This document shows, one piece after another, positions 51,801 through 57,478 of a stretch of DNA of 64,000 bases. The stretch is from assembly GCA_963924565.1 (NCBI GenBank), contig OZ004612.1, positions 28,582,001 through 28,646,000 of the forward strand. Direction: 5' to 3'. The stretch's first letter is position 1. Every line of letters begins with the position of its first letter. Origin of the DNA: Ascidiella aspersa. Lineage: Eukaryota. Under the pieces are notes generated by a model, which was not told the DNA's origin, searched no databases, and saw only the letters and a program-made list of their open reading frames with translations. The position numbers and the translations under genes are program-made.

Positions 51801-54800
51801 CTGATATACCTATATCTCGCATAGTCGCCTTCAGAAACAGCGTAGTTGCCTATAGCACTGTTGTACAGTATCAGCATGGGTTTTCTACACTTGAAATATT
51901 ACGCCGGTTAACCTGCGAAAATTCTCGAAGTTTCAATTAATAAGGACATTTTATCGTTTTAAAGGTTTATCTAGGTGGTGATAAAGGGCGTGATTTTAAA
52001 GCTTTCGTGTAAACTGTCCATTGCCGACATCCATATACCGTAAAACTTAGCCTGCAGTTTACATTTGTCTCGCGCTGAAGAAAATAAAATTGCGTAAATT
52101 AGTTGTAAGATAAATTTGCGTAAATTAGTTGTAAAAACGAAAAATCTGTCTTTTGTCAAATTAGGGGTTTTGTAACTAAAGTACAGCATGTGGTTTGAAC
52201 ATAAAGTGTAAAATTTTACTCAATTTGCCCTGTTTGTAAAAATGTTTGGCTAGTTATGGCAGCGAAAGTAAAAGTGTATTTAAGGTAGTTTGCAGATTTC
52301 GTTGAGCAGATGAAAAATTTGCGACATATAAATGATAAATATTTGAGTTGTAATATACAATCTAAAAATCACCTGCTTTATTTAGTTGAGACAAACATAG
52401 CCTGCTGTATAATGAAAACCTTTGAATTCTAGTTTTGAAGGCTTTTTGAGAACATAACTCGTCAATATTTACATAACACATAGATAATGCAAGCGAACTT
52501 TCCAGCGATGTAGAAACGCGAGAAGCGCTTTGTCGAAAATCACTCACCCGTAACTAGGGATGTTCAAAGTAGAATCCCAAGGTATTCTAGAATAATAGGT
52601 TTCGAATCTAGAATAACGAATCCAGAATAGCGAATCCTAGTATATTTTTATTAAATTATTTAACCTCGATTTTGTTTGGGGAAGGGATTAATCTTAATCT
52701 ACCCTATAGGGTCCACAATCACAGCAATAAATCGCCCAAACAATTTTCTAACATGTGTACATTATAATTAAAAAACTCTCTCATATGTTTAACATTCTTA
52801 ACAACTGTCATCTGAAGCCGTTCTGTAAACTGTAATATGTCAACTGTCCAGGTTGTCTCCAAAACTTATATTTTTGCCAATAGTGAGAAAATGCAACACT
52901 TCACACAGAAGTCTTAAGCAATTCGGTCCTGATTTTCAAAGCATTGTTAAGTCTTGTTGCTTCTTTTTTGACTAACATGATCTGTTATGCAGTCAAATGA
53001 TGTACTGCAAAGAATACAAAGTTATTATTGACATAACGAATTCTTGACAATTACGTTGTGCATAACTGCATAACTTCCCTGAATATTGGCCTAAAGTTGA
53101 CCTGAAGTAACCTCATAGCGCATTTTGTGGACGGCCAGCACGTTTTGCAACGCAATATTACTTTTGCAACTTAACGCATTTAGGGAAATTGCGAACTCCA
53201 CACCTGACATTACACGTTAGCCGCTCGCTCAATAACGCTTGATTGACACTTAATTATTAGACGAACATTATCGCGTCGCGGTAATTGGTCGCCCGAAAAA
53301 ACGCTGACACTGCACTACGAGGTTACATTTAAAGCAAGCACTATAAATTGGTCGCCGCGGCGACAGGCCAACTTACCACACGCGTTTGTGCAATTAGGCG
53401 CAACAATCCGCGGTAAAACATTAAATTATATCGGTTCCAATTACCCGAAATAAATGGCAGAATTGGATTCGAATCCCATCTGGATTCGAATCCAAGGATT
53501 CGATATTCTACTTTGAGCATCCCTACCCGTAACCACAACAACATGTTTGATTGATGAACTTTCAAGATCGCGTACCCAAGCCGCATCGAGGACTCGCGAA
53601 CTTAATTAATTTCTACGCAATAGCTTGTTATGAAATGTTGAGAGGTTTTAACAAATAGGCAGTTTGACCAGTGCGCATAACATTAATAGCTTACTGAATA
53701 AACACTAATTGAAGAAATTTCTTGTAAGTTAGCTTGAGGTACGTATGTTCTTAATTTTGTATTTCGGGTGTACAACAGTTTATTTTTAAATACGCTGTAC
53801 AGTAACGTATAGAAAACCTTTTTATAAATGATAAGTGAAAATATTTTGTCAGTAAAACTTGTAGTCTGGGCTATGATTAGGATTAAAGCGACGAATCAAA
53901 GCTTTTAGTGTAAAAACGTTAATGAAAATGTCAACATAAAATTTGGGCCCAGGATAAAATTTATAATTCCGCAAGTAGATTCATGTGTTACTTTTGAAAA
54001 ATTCAACTAATTCCTGATTATAAGAATCAAGTTAGGAAAATAAACCATTTTTTGGAAGCCGACTGGCGACTATGTTTAATGAAATATTCAATGTGCATAG
54101 TTCTTTGTAATGAAACGGCCGATTTTATCTCAATACAAGTATATTTATAGGCTAACTTTTAAAATATGCAAAGCGAATCGATTGATCGATTAAATCACAG
54201 CTCAAGGGAATTGCTATCTCGCCTTTAATCGCGGCAAATCACGACCAGAGGGCTAAAGGTTTGGTCGTGTTTGCTGTTGTGCATTTTTGTGGCTGCATGT
54301 TTGTTGCACCGTTTCCACAAAGCTAGCCAGTTGTTTGGGGGATAATGTAAGGGAGGGTATAGCTATATGAACCAGTGTTGTAGTCAAATCATTTTCAAAG
54401 TGCCAGTCAAGTATTTTTTTAAATACCAAGTCAAGTCCCAGTCCAAGACGTTAGAGAAAGTCAACTTCAAGACAAGTCCGTGTCAAAAAAAACAAAAAAC
54501 AGTATACTAATAAAATTGGTAAACTCTTTCGACTGAGAAGTTATACACGTTAAAAAAATGAACGCAAAATATAACAAGCAAAATGTGTTATGCGCAAAAA
54601 TTAAGATAAATAACCACAATTATAAAAAAATGCTTAATATATACCCCTCATTTCAACCCAAGTTGACAAAATAACTTAAGTCCAAGTCAACTCACTCGTC
54701 TAAAACTTACGTCAGGTTTAGTCAAGTCATTAGAAATAAATCAAGTGCACCTAAGACGAGGCAGTGATTTAAGTCATTAGAGCACTGGTATCAACCAGCT

Positions 54801-57196
54801 AAGTAGCCTCTGTAATGCAAACTCGCCTAAAGCTATGAGTGTTGTGGATGTTTCTCTAAACTTGAAGCGACAAAGTCGTGCAGATGAATTAAGATGCATT
54901 GGATACAATAGATTGAACGTCTAGTCTGTAAATGTGTATTTCTCAATTTTTATCTTAAATTTTGCGTTTTTCTGATTCAAAAGTGAAAATTTACGCTCAT
55001 TCATGAGTCTATTAAAATATTAACAAGACCACAAGATGCCATTAAATGCATGTTTTAAAGAGTTTTACTTAGTAATATCAGTAAATGCGTATTTTTGTTT
55101 AAATGCGAATAAGTCTTAGATTGAATTTTTACATTTTCTAACTTAATTTTTTAAATGTACGCGACTAGCACACAGCGTATTCAAATATTAACCAGATACA
55201 ATCAGAACATATTTACAAGCATGTCTTACAAGTGTGTTACTTGTAAAACATCTAAGTCGGCAAGATACACATTGTGGCTATTGACGCTCACACAAATGAC
55301 GTATCGCTTCGCAATGCGCGTTTTTGCATTACGTCATGTCGTCGGCGTTCGCGGGGTTACTCCTGGTCAAGCGGTTCGAGTATGAGTTTTGGCGGGAAGT
55401 GTCGGTTTGTGATGGCATTGTGACGCTTGAATGACACTTGGAGCTTTTGGCTTTTGACGTTTGCTTGAGCGTATGAGTGCTGGAATTCTGACCTACTTTC
55501 GCGGTAGAGTTTTATTTAAACCGCTAAAACAATGATGATATTAAAATACAATATAGTCGACACTTACAGCTTTATTATAACTTAAAGTTATTTATTTAAA
55601 AATGCTTAAAATTCAACAGGGGTAATTTAAAGGTTGATACTGTGGTTTAAACGACAAGACAAAAAATTGCTGTTAATGAAACAAAAGGTAATCTCGCTAA
55701 ACGATCAAGTGGTTACCATTTGGCTAATGGCCTACTTAAAGAAATATATTTCGCATCATTTTTTTACAAGAAACGTCACAAATTTTGACGATTGACTTGA
55801 GAATTAATTCGAACGGCTCGGGGAGGAGTTTTGGCGGGAAGGTTTGTGACGACATTGTGACGCTTGAATGACAATTGGAGTTTTTTCTTTTGACGTTTGC
55901 TTCGGCATAAAAATGCAGGAATGTTGACCTATTTTTGGGAAAGAGTTTGGCTTTAACCGAATAATCAAGATTGTAATAAAACATAATATAGTCGACATTT
56001 ACAGCTTTATGATACCTTAATTTTATTCTTATAAAAAATGTTTAAAATTTAACAGGGGTAATTTAAAGGTTGACGCTGTGGTTTTTAAACTTTAACAGGG
56101 AAATGACCAACAAAGATTTAAAAATTGCTAAGTGATTATGATCATTTGTATATTGGTTTACTTAAAAATATACTTTTTCATCATATTTTTACAAAAAATC
56201 TCTTAAATTTTGACGGTTGGCTTGAGAGTATATTCGTACGGCTCATTAAAATGCGGTTTAAATCCCACACAATATTAGCCACAAACGTGGGAGACATTTG
56301 TCAAATGCTCCCTGTTTTGTTGCCTTCCTGAATTATTAACGCCCTGTGTGCAGCAGATGTCTAACAAGGATTGATCGTAATACCTGGGAGCGACATTAAA
56401 GTGAATGTAGCCAAACAAAACCACCACTGAGGTTTATCGATTTAACAAACCGAAATTGGACCCGGGGATGTTCAAAGTGCAGCTTGCACAGAGTGCTACA
56501 AAGGTTATATACCATATATATTCAACGCTTTATTTAGTATAATCAGACGAATTGGCTTTGCAAGGCAAAAACAGTCTTGTTTCCGTTCGCGGAAAGAATT
56601 TTTTTACATGTAAACCAATTTTCTAAGAAAAGCAACGTAAGATTACCACCACGGCGATCAAATCGTGCATAGAAGTGAATTTGAAGTCCTGTGTTCAGAC
56701 ATGATTTGGGATTTAGTTCTTCACAAAACAACAAATTGATTACGATCACTTTTAGATAAGTTTCGTCAAGAAAAACACTGGTTCTAAAAAAAGTGAAAGA
56801 AAAGTTTCGGCTTTTCAGAATTTTCCTAAAGGTTTGTATGTCTTGCTCCCAGGTCTCTCAGTAAAAACAAAACTTTAAATCATGGTTCAGTTAGCTGGTG
56901 AAATAGTTTTTATTCATTTAATGGCTTTAAATCTAAGGAAAACCTCAATACTTAGTGGCATAATTACGGTATGATGTTTACACCAATGGCTTACCCAAGG
57001 TTCATTCTTCTTAATACTTAGTTTTTTTCGCAGAGCACGAAAGTTGAAGGAAACCATCGCGGCAGTCGCTCAACTCGACACCTGCATGACCGGGCTCCGT
57101 GATTGGCTGAAATCGATCGAGTTCAACCTGCTGAAACCAGTCATGCATCACGAGTGCACTGATGACGACATCGAGCGCAGACTCGAAGAACAAAAG
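600..57196 (+). CDS. SYNE1: Multi-exon interior of a giant spectrin-repeat protein, nesprin-1/SYNE1-like; 68 core exons, about 3,690 aa in the window; both ends outside the window
   Basis: All 68 exons have AG/GT boundaries, adjacent phases match, and the summed 11,077 nt are stop-free. Helical repeats carry spectrin-type Trp. WLKEADIVTFPEVNL, KCERWILFVTQAE, DLCEWLSDTERKV and RKLKETIAAVAQLDTCMTGLRDWLKSIE resemble vertebrate nesprin-1 as I recall it (not database-checked). Confidence 0.85.
1193..1420 (+). CDS. nesprin exon w2
   Basis: cag|...|gtagac, phase 0/0, MLCKELNQKKEEF...WATSQQ. Confidence 0.9.
1767..1865 (+). CDS. nesprin exon w3
   Basis: cag|...|gtacga, phase 0/0, ALAWLEHIKETL...QEHR. 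Confidence 0.9.
2026..2188 (+). mobile_element. tRNA-headed SINE-like insertion with 10-bp direct repeats
   Basis: ATTGTAGGAG at 2016-2025 and 2189-2198; tRNA-like head 2037-2111; body hairpin AGACTC-ggt-GAGTCT. Confidence 0.7.
2037..2111 (+). ncRNA. tRNA-like cloverleaf with A and B boxes and a non-canonical anticodon arm
   Basis: Stems GCCTGCA/TGCAGGC, GCTC/GAGC, CGGTC/GACCG, GTGAG/CTCAC; T-loop TTCGAAC; TTTTT at 2117-2121. Confidence 0.75.
2670..2787 (+). CDS. nesprin exon w4
   Basis: cag|...|gtataa, phase 0/1, ALYKEIVRHKVTVDEVI. Confidence 0.9.
3882..4087 (+). CDS. nesprin exon w5
   Basis: cag|...|gtcggt, phase 1/0, CLRWLKEADIVTFPEVNL. Confidence 0.92.
4613..4755 (+). CDS. nesprin exon w6
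   Basis: cag|...|gtaagt, phase 0/2, AILSESVKYRDLV...KDQFE. Confidence 0.9.
5430..5475 (-). ncRNA. minimal hammerhead ribozyme motif (family B, antisense)
   Basis: Reverse complement reads acc-CTGACGA-A-GGCGACTTgcatAGGTTGCC-GAAACGTT-ggt; distal stem I is eroded. Confidence 0.6.
5535..5592 (+). ncRNA. minimal type-I hammerhead ribozyme motif (family B, sense)
   Basis: Core CTGACGA 5545-5551; stem II GGCTACTT/AGGTTGCC; GAAA 5573-5576; palindromic ACGT stem III; GUU site at 5580; stem I ACC/GGT plus ATTC/GAAT. Confidence 0.65.
5725..5914 (+). CDS. nesprin exon w7
   Basis: tag|...|gtaatg, phase 2/0, VCKFAEDKSDQMR...LKAE. Confidence 0.9.
6521..6632 (+). CDS. nesprin exon w8
   Basis: cag|...|gtggga, phase 0/1, KIQHSISDRRPSLE...GQPWQPEELLK. 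Confidence 0.88.
7000..7187 (+). CDS. nesprin exon w9
   Basis: tag|...|gttgct, phase 1/0, TAIYHRMSQQSSQRI...TISQ. Confidence 0.88.
7493..7590. repeat. 26-bp minisatellite x4 with alternating A-B-A-B subtypes
   Basis: taatatattataaatcggcttacgtg alternating with taatatattataaagcgatttatgtg. Confidence 0.85.
8057..8140 (-). mobile_element. degenerate tRNA-derived (SINE-like) remnant
   Basis: Minus strand has gaggttgtaagTTCGAACcccac (B-box-like) downstream of a weak A-box-like ggctatttgccgaactag. Confidence 0.4.
8187..8374 (+). CDS. nesprin exon w10
   Basis: cag|...|gtatgt, phase 0/2, QMAAMLTSCQIEL...DLEK. Confidence 0.9.
8908..9046 (+). CDS. nesprin exon w11
   Basis: cag|...|gtgaca, phase 2/0, IVSRRDFQGDLEKGVAWLEE. 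Confidence 0.9.
9615..9785 (+). CDS. nesprin exon w12
   Basis: cag|...|gttcgt, phase 0/0, ITKEEVESRLRVL...DVKQ. Confidence 0.9.
10400..10552 (+). CDS. nesprin exon w13
   Basis: cag|...|gtatgc, phase 0/0, ERLLEALESRQRY...EQHQ. Confidence 0.9.
10659..10815 (-). mobile_element. fold-back element, family A, copy 1; hammerhead antisense, cleavage triplet mutated
   Basis: Minus strand: attaa-CTGAAGA-T-GATACaagttGTATC-GAAAC-GAC-ttaat; inverted arms ttgataataaattgcaaagccaaaaa / tttttggcttagcaaaatattatcaa. Confidence 0.75.
11247..11273 (+). CDS. candidate 27-nt alternative microexon (ADYMIHQYE)
   Basis: ttcag|GCCGACTACATGATCCACCAATATGAG|gtaact; phase 0/0 matches flanking exons; upstream TGC and downstream TGCATG x3. 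Confidence 0.6.
11990..12370. repeat. degenerate 10-11-bp tandem repeat (aaccaattt-like)
   Basis: Recurring accaatt/accagtt/atcagtt units. Confidence 0.7.
12391..12588 (+). CDS. nesprin exon w14
   Basis: cag|...|gttggt, phase 0/0, ALFTTEGEILHYVDEL...NSLQ. Confidence 0.9.
13117..13263 (+). CDS. nesprin exon w15
   Basis: cag|...|gttaaa, phase 0/0, AAAISWEGFDLEL...KDFQ. Confidence 0.9.
13251..13700. repeat. about 163-bp tandem repeat x2.7 starting in the 3' end of exon w15
   Basis: caaggactttcag|gt at 13251 and 13414, catggacttttag|gt at 13576, with colinear downstream similarity. Confidence 0.85.
14511..14672 (+). CDS. nesprin exon w16
   Basis: cag|...|gtgaga, phase 0/0, TLCCEISNIESSV...AGSK. 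Confidence 0.9.
15375..15526 (+). CDS. nesprin exon w17
   Basis: tag|...|gtaaaa, phase 0/2, DMQRLLDKSVREWRIF. Confidence 0.9.
16159..16314 (+). CDS. nesprin exon w18
   Basis: cag|...|gtaaga, phase 2/2, ATLHALQNDVAS...DRCH. Confidence 0.9.
16580..16672 (-). mobile_element. family A hammerhead element, copy 2 (degenerate, single arm)
   Basis: Aligns with 10659-10752; minus strand CTGAAGA-T-AATAC...GTATC-GAAA-ttc. Confidence 0.7.
16787..16973 (+). CDS. nesprin exon w19
   Basis: cag|...|gtaaaa, phase 2/0, LSEATIVRL...DMLVWVEDM...ALRQ. Confidence 0.9.
17621..17791 (+). CDS. nesprin exon w20
   Basis: cag|...|gtgagt, phase 0/0, QRQKYLQNYAILPVELS. Confidence 0.9.
18264..18398 (+). CDS. nesprin exon w21
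   Basis: tag|...|gtgagg, phase 0/0, ELESARNLREDY...DTQR. Confidence 0.88.
18860..19048 (+). CDS. nesprin exon w22
   Basis: tag|...|gtaaaa, phase 0/0, QLSDRLDRCHVRL...QANQ. Confidence 0.9.
19488..19625 (+). CDS. nesprin exon w23
   Basis: cag|...|gtaaac, phase 0/0, ASVYLDELDEMGEFLDEW. Confidence 0.9.
20194..20422 (+). CDS. nesprin exon w24
   Basis: cag|...|gttggc, phase 0/1, NLRDQLRRLGSEL...KIME. Confidence 0.9.
20495..20690. repeat. AT-rich 12-bp tandem repeat (aaaattaaatct)n, decaying
   Basis: Direct inspection. Confidence 0.8.
21013..21438 (+). CDS. nesprin exon w25 (largest, 426 nt)
   Basis: cag|...|gtattt, phase 1/1, VEKLREKSD...FPTPRK. Confidence 0.9.
21964..22098 (+). CDS. nesprin exon w26
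   Basis: cag|...|gtgagt, phase 1/1, STPRDVREELEEY. Confidence 0.9.
22524..22809 (+). CDS. nesprin exon w27 (S/T/P-rich linker)
   Basis: cag|...|gtaagt, phase 1/2, NSTILPDNLDSPPY...VNKS. Confidence 0.85.
23104..23207 (+). CDS. nesprin exon w28 (linker)
   Basis: aag|...|gtgaga, phase 2/1, SPSVKRRLTDLLS. Confidence 0.82.
23686..23808 (+). CDS. nesprin exon w29 (linker)
   Basis: cag|...|gtgagg, phase 1/1, VSTCSTGSLLSPR. Confidence 0.82.
24256..24389 (+). CDS. nesprin exon w30
   Basis: tag|...|gtcggt, phase 1/0, DVTPRPIRTSSPF...LKEQ. Confidence 0.85.
24962..25120 (+). CDS. nesprin exon w31
   Basis: tag|...|gttttt, phase 0/0, LGEKADSLLSALHRQ. Confidence 0.88.
25774..25950 (+). CDS. nesprin exon w32
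   Basis: cag|...|gtaata, phase 0/0, ELLDDINRL...LYDRWDTIR. Confidence 0.9.
26540..26810 (+). CDS. nesprin exon w33
   Basis: cag|...|gtgagt, phase 0/1, IKILEDEQY...LILLSELS. Confidence 0.9.
26855..27023. mobile_element. short hAT-like remnant with (GACTT)n, related to 54373-54787
   Basis: Begins CAGTGTTGTAATG, ends GAGCACTG, internal gacttgacttgactt. Confidence 0.5.
27019..27096 (+). pseudogene. intronic copy of the 3' end and donor of exon w33
   Basis: Near-identical to 26761-26835, including AGTG|gtgagt. Confidence 0.9.
27950..27997 (+). CDS. candidate 48-nt cassette exon (ERFDTFWRSNPVYEVL)
   Basis: ttttgcag|...CTCG|gtacgt; symmetric phase 1/1, open, contains NPVY. Confidence 0.55.
28140..28473. 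repeat. 40-41-bp minisatellite x8, each unit with a TGACGTCA (CRE) palindrome
   Basis: TGACGTCA at 28160, 28201, 28242, 28282, 28323, 28364, 28404, 28444. Confidence 0.92.
28495..28689 (+). CDS. candidate 195-nt Ser/Arg-rich cassette exon with SAIP and SGLP motifs
   Basis: ctaacag|...GCTG|gtgtgt; symmetric phase 1/1, 65 open codons, GC-rich like true exons; weak acceptor. Confidence 0.5.
29458..29741 (+). promoter_or_regulatory. RBFOX-type UGCAUG cluster (splicing regulatory)
   Basis: TGCATG at 29458, 29570, 29694, 29736; ACTAAY motifs nearby. Confidence 0.6.
29878..30002 (+). CDS. nesprin exon w34
   Basis: cag|...|gtaaca, phase 1/0, KSSVLSQAEEQRD...RSLQ. Confidence 0.9.
30573..30659 (+). 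CDS. nesprin exon w35
   Basis: tag|...|gtatgt, phase 0/0, NELNTKLDE...KDWLESLE. Confidence 0.88.
30860..30998 (+). CDS. nesprin exon w36
   Basis: cag|...|gtgagt, phase 0/1, TDVPDPEVLTPTTLQRQ. Confidence 0.88.
31445..31623 (+). CDS. nesprin exon w37
   Basis: cag|...|gtacgg, phase 1/0, LSPRPVADEPSSWEKL. Confidence 0.88.
32024..32119 (+). CDS. nesprin exon w38
   Basis: tag|...|gtaact, phase 0/0, DTLDEMNNNWRNL. Confidence 0.88.
32509..32646 (+). CDS. nesprin exon w39
   Basis: cag|...|gtgaaa, phase 0/0, SLTTLLDQVEF...TCKQ. Confidence 0.88.
33451..33600 (+). CDS. nesprin exon w40
   Basis: cag|...|gtttgg, phase 0/0, FSPENPLIRNQCD...WRNVQ. Confidence 0.9.
34060..34245 (+). CDS. nesprin exon w41
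   Basis: cag|...|gtgatt (weak donor), phase 0/0, VDLKMSLSQL...TAEK. Confidence 0.85.
35010..35147 (+). CDS. nesprin exon w42
   Basis: tag|...|gtttat, phase 0/0, FAVGAYPCHTADS...NFQQ. Confidence 0.83.
35391..35501 (+). CDS. nesprin exon w43
   Basis: cag|...|gttcgt, phase 0/0, MLTDYKALLEAG. Confidence 0.88.
36159..36332 (+). CDS. nesprin exon w44
   Basis: cag|...|gtcagt, phase 0/0, DFSSAVQTHRAVC...RCVK. Confidence 0.9.
36687..36855 (+). CDS. nesprin exon w45
   Basis: cag|...|gtggaa, phase 0/1, DWEEFESEILHL. Confidence 0.9.
37437..37599 (+). CDS. nesprin exon w46
   Basis: tag|...|gtaacc, phase 1/2, ELTNQWKRLSSKV. Confidence 0.9.
38177..38293 (+). CDS. nesprin exon w47
   Basis: cag|...|gtaaat, phase 2/2, YRETVSTLQEWMG. 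Confidence 0.88.
38754..38937 (+). CDS. nesprin exon w48
   Basis: tag|...|gtaaca, phase 2/0, SEEFASLLSDLP...KLTK. Confidence 0.9.
39242..39391 (+). CDS. nesprin exon w49
   Basis: cag|...|gtaata, phase 0/0, VETEVL...DMTSWVA...TAYQ. Confidence 0.9.
39705..39824 (+). CDS. nesprin exon w50
   Basis: cag|...|gtaaga, phase 0/0, KQKSLDFVNS...LNRQWELL. Confidence 0.9.
39933..40034 (+). CDS. nesprin exon w51
   Basis: tag|...|gtgagc, phase 0/0, KWRDHEDDVTKLRHW. Confidence 0.9.
40545..40683 (+). CDS. nesprin exon w52
   Basis: cag|...|gtaagt, phase 0/1, MEEELKSKREEIENL. Confidence 0.9.
41324..41483 (+). CDS. nesprin exon w53
   Basis: cag|...|gtacgt, phase 1/2, LVSDKNVGH...NQIWK. Confidence 0.88.
41870..41982 (+). 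CDS. nesprin exon w54
   Basis: cag|...|gtaaag, phase 2/1, YSNAEQFVSDHL. Confidence 0.88.
42215..42347 (+). CDS. nesprin exon w55
   Basis: cag|...|gtcagc, phase 1/2, ALDALESQRLQVQ. Confidence 0.88.
42747..42939 (+). CDS. nesprin exon w56
   Basis: cag|...|gtaggt, phase 2/0, WNDISSSIVARI...MKAE. Confidence 0.9.
43117..43444. mobile_element. non-autonomous hAT (Charlie-like) MITE, 328 bp
   Basis: Perfect 16-bp TIR CAGGGGTTCTTAAACT; 8-bp TSD TTCTACAA (43109-43116, 43445-43452); GGACCCC subterminal repeats. Confidence 0.92.
43856..43998 (+). mobile_element. fold-back element, family A, copy 3; hammerhead in sense orientation
   Basis: 20-bp inverted repeat 43856-43875 / 43958-43977; same gatccgtgcatagt tail as copy 1. 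Confidence 0.78.
43878..43940 (+). ncRNA. apparently intact minimal type-I hammerhead ribozyme, GUC site after 43920
   Basis: ATTAA-CTGAAGA-T-GATAC-aagctc-GTATC-GAAAC-GTC-TTAAT; distal stem I GTTGAC/GTCGAT beyond a bulge. Confidence 0.78.
44146..44267 (+). CDS. nesprin exon w57
   Basis: cag|...|gtaaaa, phase 0/2, GLEETCEKLRVAL. Confidence 0.88.
45060..45240 (+). CDS. nesprin exon w58
   Basis: cag|...|gtgagt, phase 2/0, KIGYMDAWMSEAQ. Confidence 0.9.
45826..45995 (+). CDS. nesprin exon w59
   Basis: cag|...|gtgagt, phase 0/2, VNRLAHKLPMTD...LNERW. Confidence 0.92.
46570..46713 (+). CDS. nesprin exon w60
   Basis: cag|...|gtaatc, phase 2/2, FKDKCERWILFVTQAE. Confidence 0.92.
47165..47269 (+). 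CDS. nesprin exon w61
   Basis: tag|...|gtaaga, phase 2/2, RQQLLRHIIDEGEQML. Confidence 0.92.
47733..47964 (+). CDS. nesprin exon w62
   Basis: cag|...|gtgagt, phase 2/0, EFRNKLSSLDKQWSRV. Confidence 0.92.
48405..48652 (+). CDS. nesprin exon w63
   Basis: aacag|...|gttgaa, phase 0/2, KNLGQFRTY...VKDK; start chosen as the only in-frame acceptor I found. Confidence 0.8.
49116..49307 (+). CDS. nesprin exon w64
   Basis: cag|...|gttcgt, phase 2/2, KWDVCDAKINDVITWL. Confidence 0.9.
49961..50107 (+). CDS. nesprin exon w65
   Basis: tag|...|gtgaga, phase 2/2, MRERISLARALWHDV. Confidence 0.9.
50468..50594 (+). CDS. nesprin exon w66
   Basis: cag|...|gtttgt, phase 2/0, WNEFGEKYRDLCEWL. Confidence 0.92.
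50715..51220. repeat. diverged 110-125-bp tandem repeats whose last unit forms the w67 acceptor
   Basis: Recurring tagattgttctgccct.gcagttattta.ctttt...cttaggac; acttggctgg recurs at 50744, 50978 and in the exon. Confidence 0.8.
51207..51364 (+). CDS. nesprin exon w67
   Basis: tag|...|gttggt, phase 0/2, KLKKITDRWQYL. Confidence 0.9.
52555..53525. mobile_element. non-autonomous hAT element, 971 bp
   Basis: 21-bp TIR TAGGGATG(T/C)TCAAAGTAGAAT; perfect 8-bp TSD CCCGTAAC (52547-52554, 53526-53533); GAATCC/GGATTC subterminal repeats; no transposase ORF seen. Confidence 0.92.
54373..54787. mobile_element. older hAT-like MITE with CAAGT subterminal repeats
   Basis: CAGTGTTGTA...TAGAGCACTG ends; imperfect TSD ATATGAAC/GTATCAAC (6 of 8). 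Confidence 0.65.
55384..56244. repeat. about 440-bp tandem duplication, each copy starting with an E2F-like TTTTGGCGGGAA
   Basis: Colinear similarity 55384-55819 vs 55826-56244. Confidence 0.88.
57034..57196 (+). CDS. nesprin exon w68 (last exon found in window)
   Basis: cag|...|gtggtt, phase 2/0, ARKLKETIAAVAQLD...LEEQK. Confidence 0.93.
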
Positions 57197-57458
57197 GTGG
57201 TTTTTTGTTTTTTTCTTGACTTTTGTTTTTCGTTAAAAGTTCAAAAAACCCTATTTTTAACCGAATCTTTGCAAAAAGTTTTAAATGTGGAACACTACAA
57301 GGTTTTGACTCAAGAATTATCTTTCTCATATAGCTTAATTTTTAAGCTACTGGGTTTTAAAACTACATAGCAAAATAATTTGTTTAACCCCACTTTAGAA
57401 AACCGTTTGCCGATATTGGTGTTAATAAGATGTTGTTAAAAAGCGGCAGCAGTTCTAC

Positions 57459-57478
57459 GGTCGTGAGTTCGAATCTCA
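57459..57478 (+). mobile_element. T-arm/B-box fragment related to the 2037 tRNA-like element
   Basis: ggtcgtgagttcgaatctca vs ggtcgtgagttcgaacctca (19 of 20). Confidence 0.5.

Noticed and set aside
586-57329. Many minus-strand and alternative-frame ORFs in the track (for example 9539-9781, 21152-21646, 29609-30034, 42735-42998)
   Set aside because: They overlap + strand exons as antisense shadows or are AT-rich intron read-through, with no independent splice or domain signal.
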